DNA of 24,442 bases, taken from NCBI GenBank assembly GCA_964516155.1, contig CAZEWU010000002.1, forward strand, positions 1 to 24,442, read 5' to 3'. Below, piece after piece: positions 24,262-24,442 of this stretch. The position numbers and the translations under genes are program-made. Positions within the stretch are counted from its first letter, which is position 1, and each line of letters opens with the position of its first letter. Source of the DNA: an uncultured Caldisericota bacterium. GTDB lineage: Bacteria; Caldisericota; Caldisericia; Cryosericales; Cryosericaceae. The notes under the pieces were generated by a model. The model was not told where the DNA came from. It worked only from the letters and a program-made list of their open reading frames with translations, and ran no database searches.

Positions 24262-24442
24262 CTATGCTCCTCCGGTCGTTTTATCAATAAACCGCTGAAG
24301 CTCTGCAAGATCATCATCGCTGATCGCATTGCTCCTGTAGAGCGTGGAGACGAACGTGGTGAGAGAGTTGCCATACAGCTTCTCCAGGAAGGACCGTCCT
24401 TCGCTTTCAAGGTAGTCCTGCTCTCCGACGACCGCCGTATAG
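24262..24442 (-). CDS. BlaI/MecI/CopY-family transcriptional repressor, C-terminal 59 codons (the 5' end lies beyond the window)
   Basis: The translation '...SFLEKLYGNSLTTFVSTLYRSNAISDDDLAELQRFIDKTTGGA*' matches the C-terminal dimerisation region of BlaI-type repressors. The TAG stop is 3 nt before the blaR1-like ATG. Confidence 0.7.
   Translation of the reverse strand, partial: YTAVVGEQDYLESEGRSFLEKLYGNSLTTFVSTLYRSNAISDDDLAELQRFIDKTTGGA

Noticed and set aside
1-24442. CRISPR arrays, tRNA/rRNA genes, transposases and integrases
   Set aside because: I scanned for periodic short direct repeats, tRNA-like GC-rich cloverleaf-sized gaps, and IS-like terminal inverted repeats. None were found. 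The only intergenic gaps over 150 bp are 3748-4077, 17046-17451, 19109-19396 and 20106-20458, discussed above.

Overview
High-GC (~60%) bacterial chromosomal window, about 88% coding, with the gene content of an anaerobic Gram-positive, probably Clostridia-like, organism (that assignment is inference only). I call about 30 protein-coding genes, one C-terminal gene fragment and about 9 small non-coding elements; no rRNA, tRNA, CRISPR array or recognisable transposase is visible. Main blocks:
- Window start: a 5-oxoprolinase subunit pair (pxpC-pxpA), plus the last codons of what is probably pxpB.
- 1.8-6.1 kb: ogt, a FabZ-like dehydratase, a LigT-like 2H phosphoesterase, rlmH, and a GAF-GAF-GGDEF diguanylate cyclase.
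- 6.1-7.8 kb: a class II aldolase and an isoaspartyl peptidase/asparaginase.
- 7.9-11.3 kb: a translationally coupled operon of M20 amidohydrolase, BioY, a GT28 glycosyltransferase and a NUDIX hydrolase.
- 11.3-14.2 kb: a nitroreductase, aminopeptidase C, and an EEP-family nuclease/phosphatase.
- 14.2-17.0 kb: an uncharacterised minus-strand cluster (tubby/LOR-like protein, membrane protein, divergent SAM-methyltransferase, second membrane protein) with a ~55-bp direct repeat bracketing the LOR gene.
- 17.5-19.3 kb: the most notable locus, a minus-strand operon encoding an encapsulated ferritin with a C-terminal targeting-peptide-like tail, a family-1 encapsulin shell protein and desulfoferrodoxin. 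It sits behind a near-consensus sigma-70 promoter with a ~200-nt structured leader.
- 19.4-24.4 kb: a DUF2975/YozG-like XRE pair, an rpe-family epimerase preceded by a truncated paralog remnant that carries an extended -10 element, and a BlaI/BlaR1-type module whose M56 protease carries a ~570-aa non-PBP extracellular domain.
- Smaller curiosities: two perfect DnaA boxes plus a nested 22-bp palindrome in a convergent intergenic region, and two related hairpin-repeat copies.
Many long antisense ORFs in the supplied track are high-GC artefacts and were rejected.
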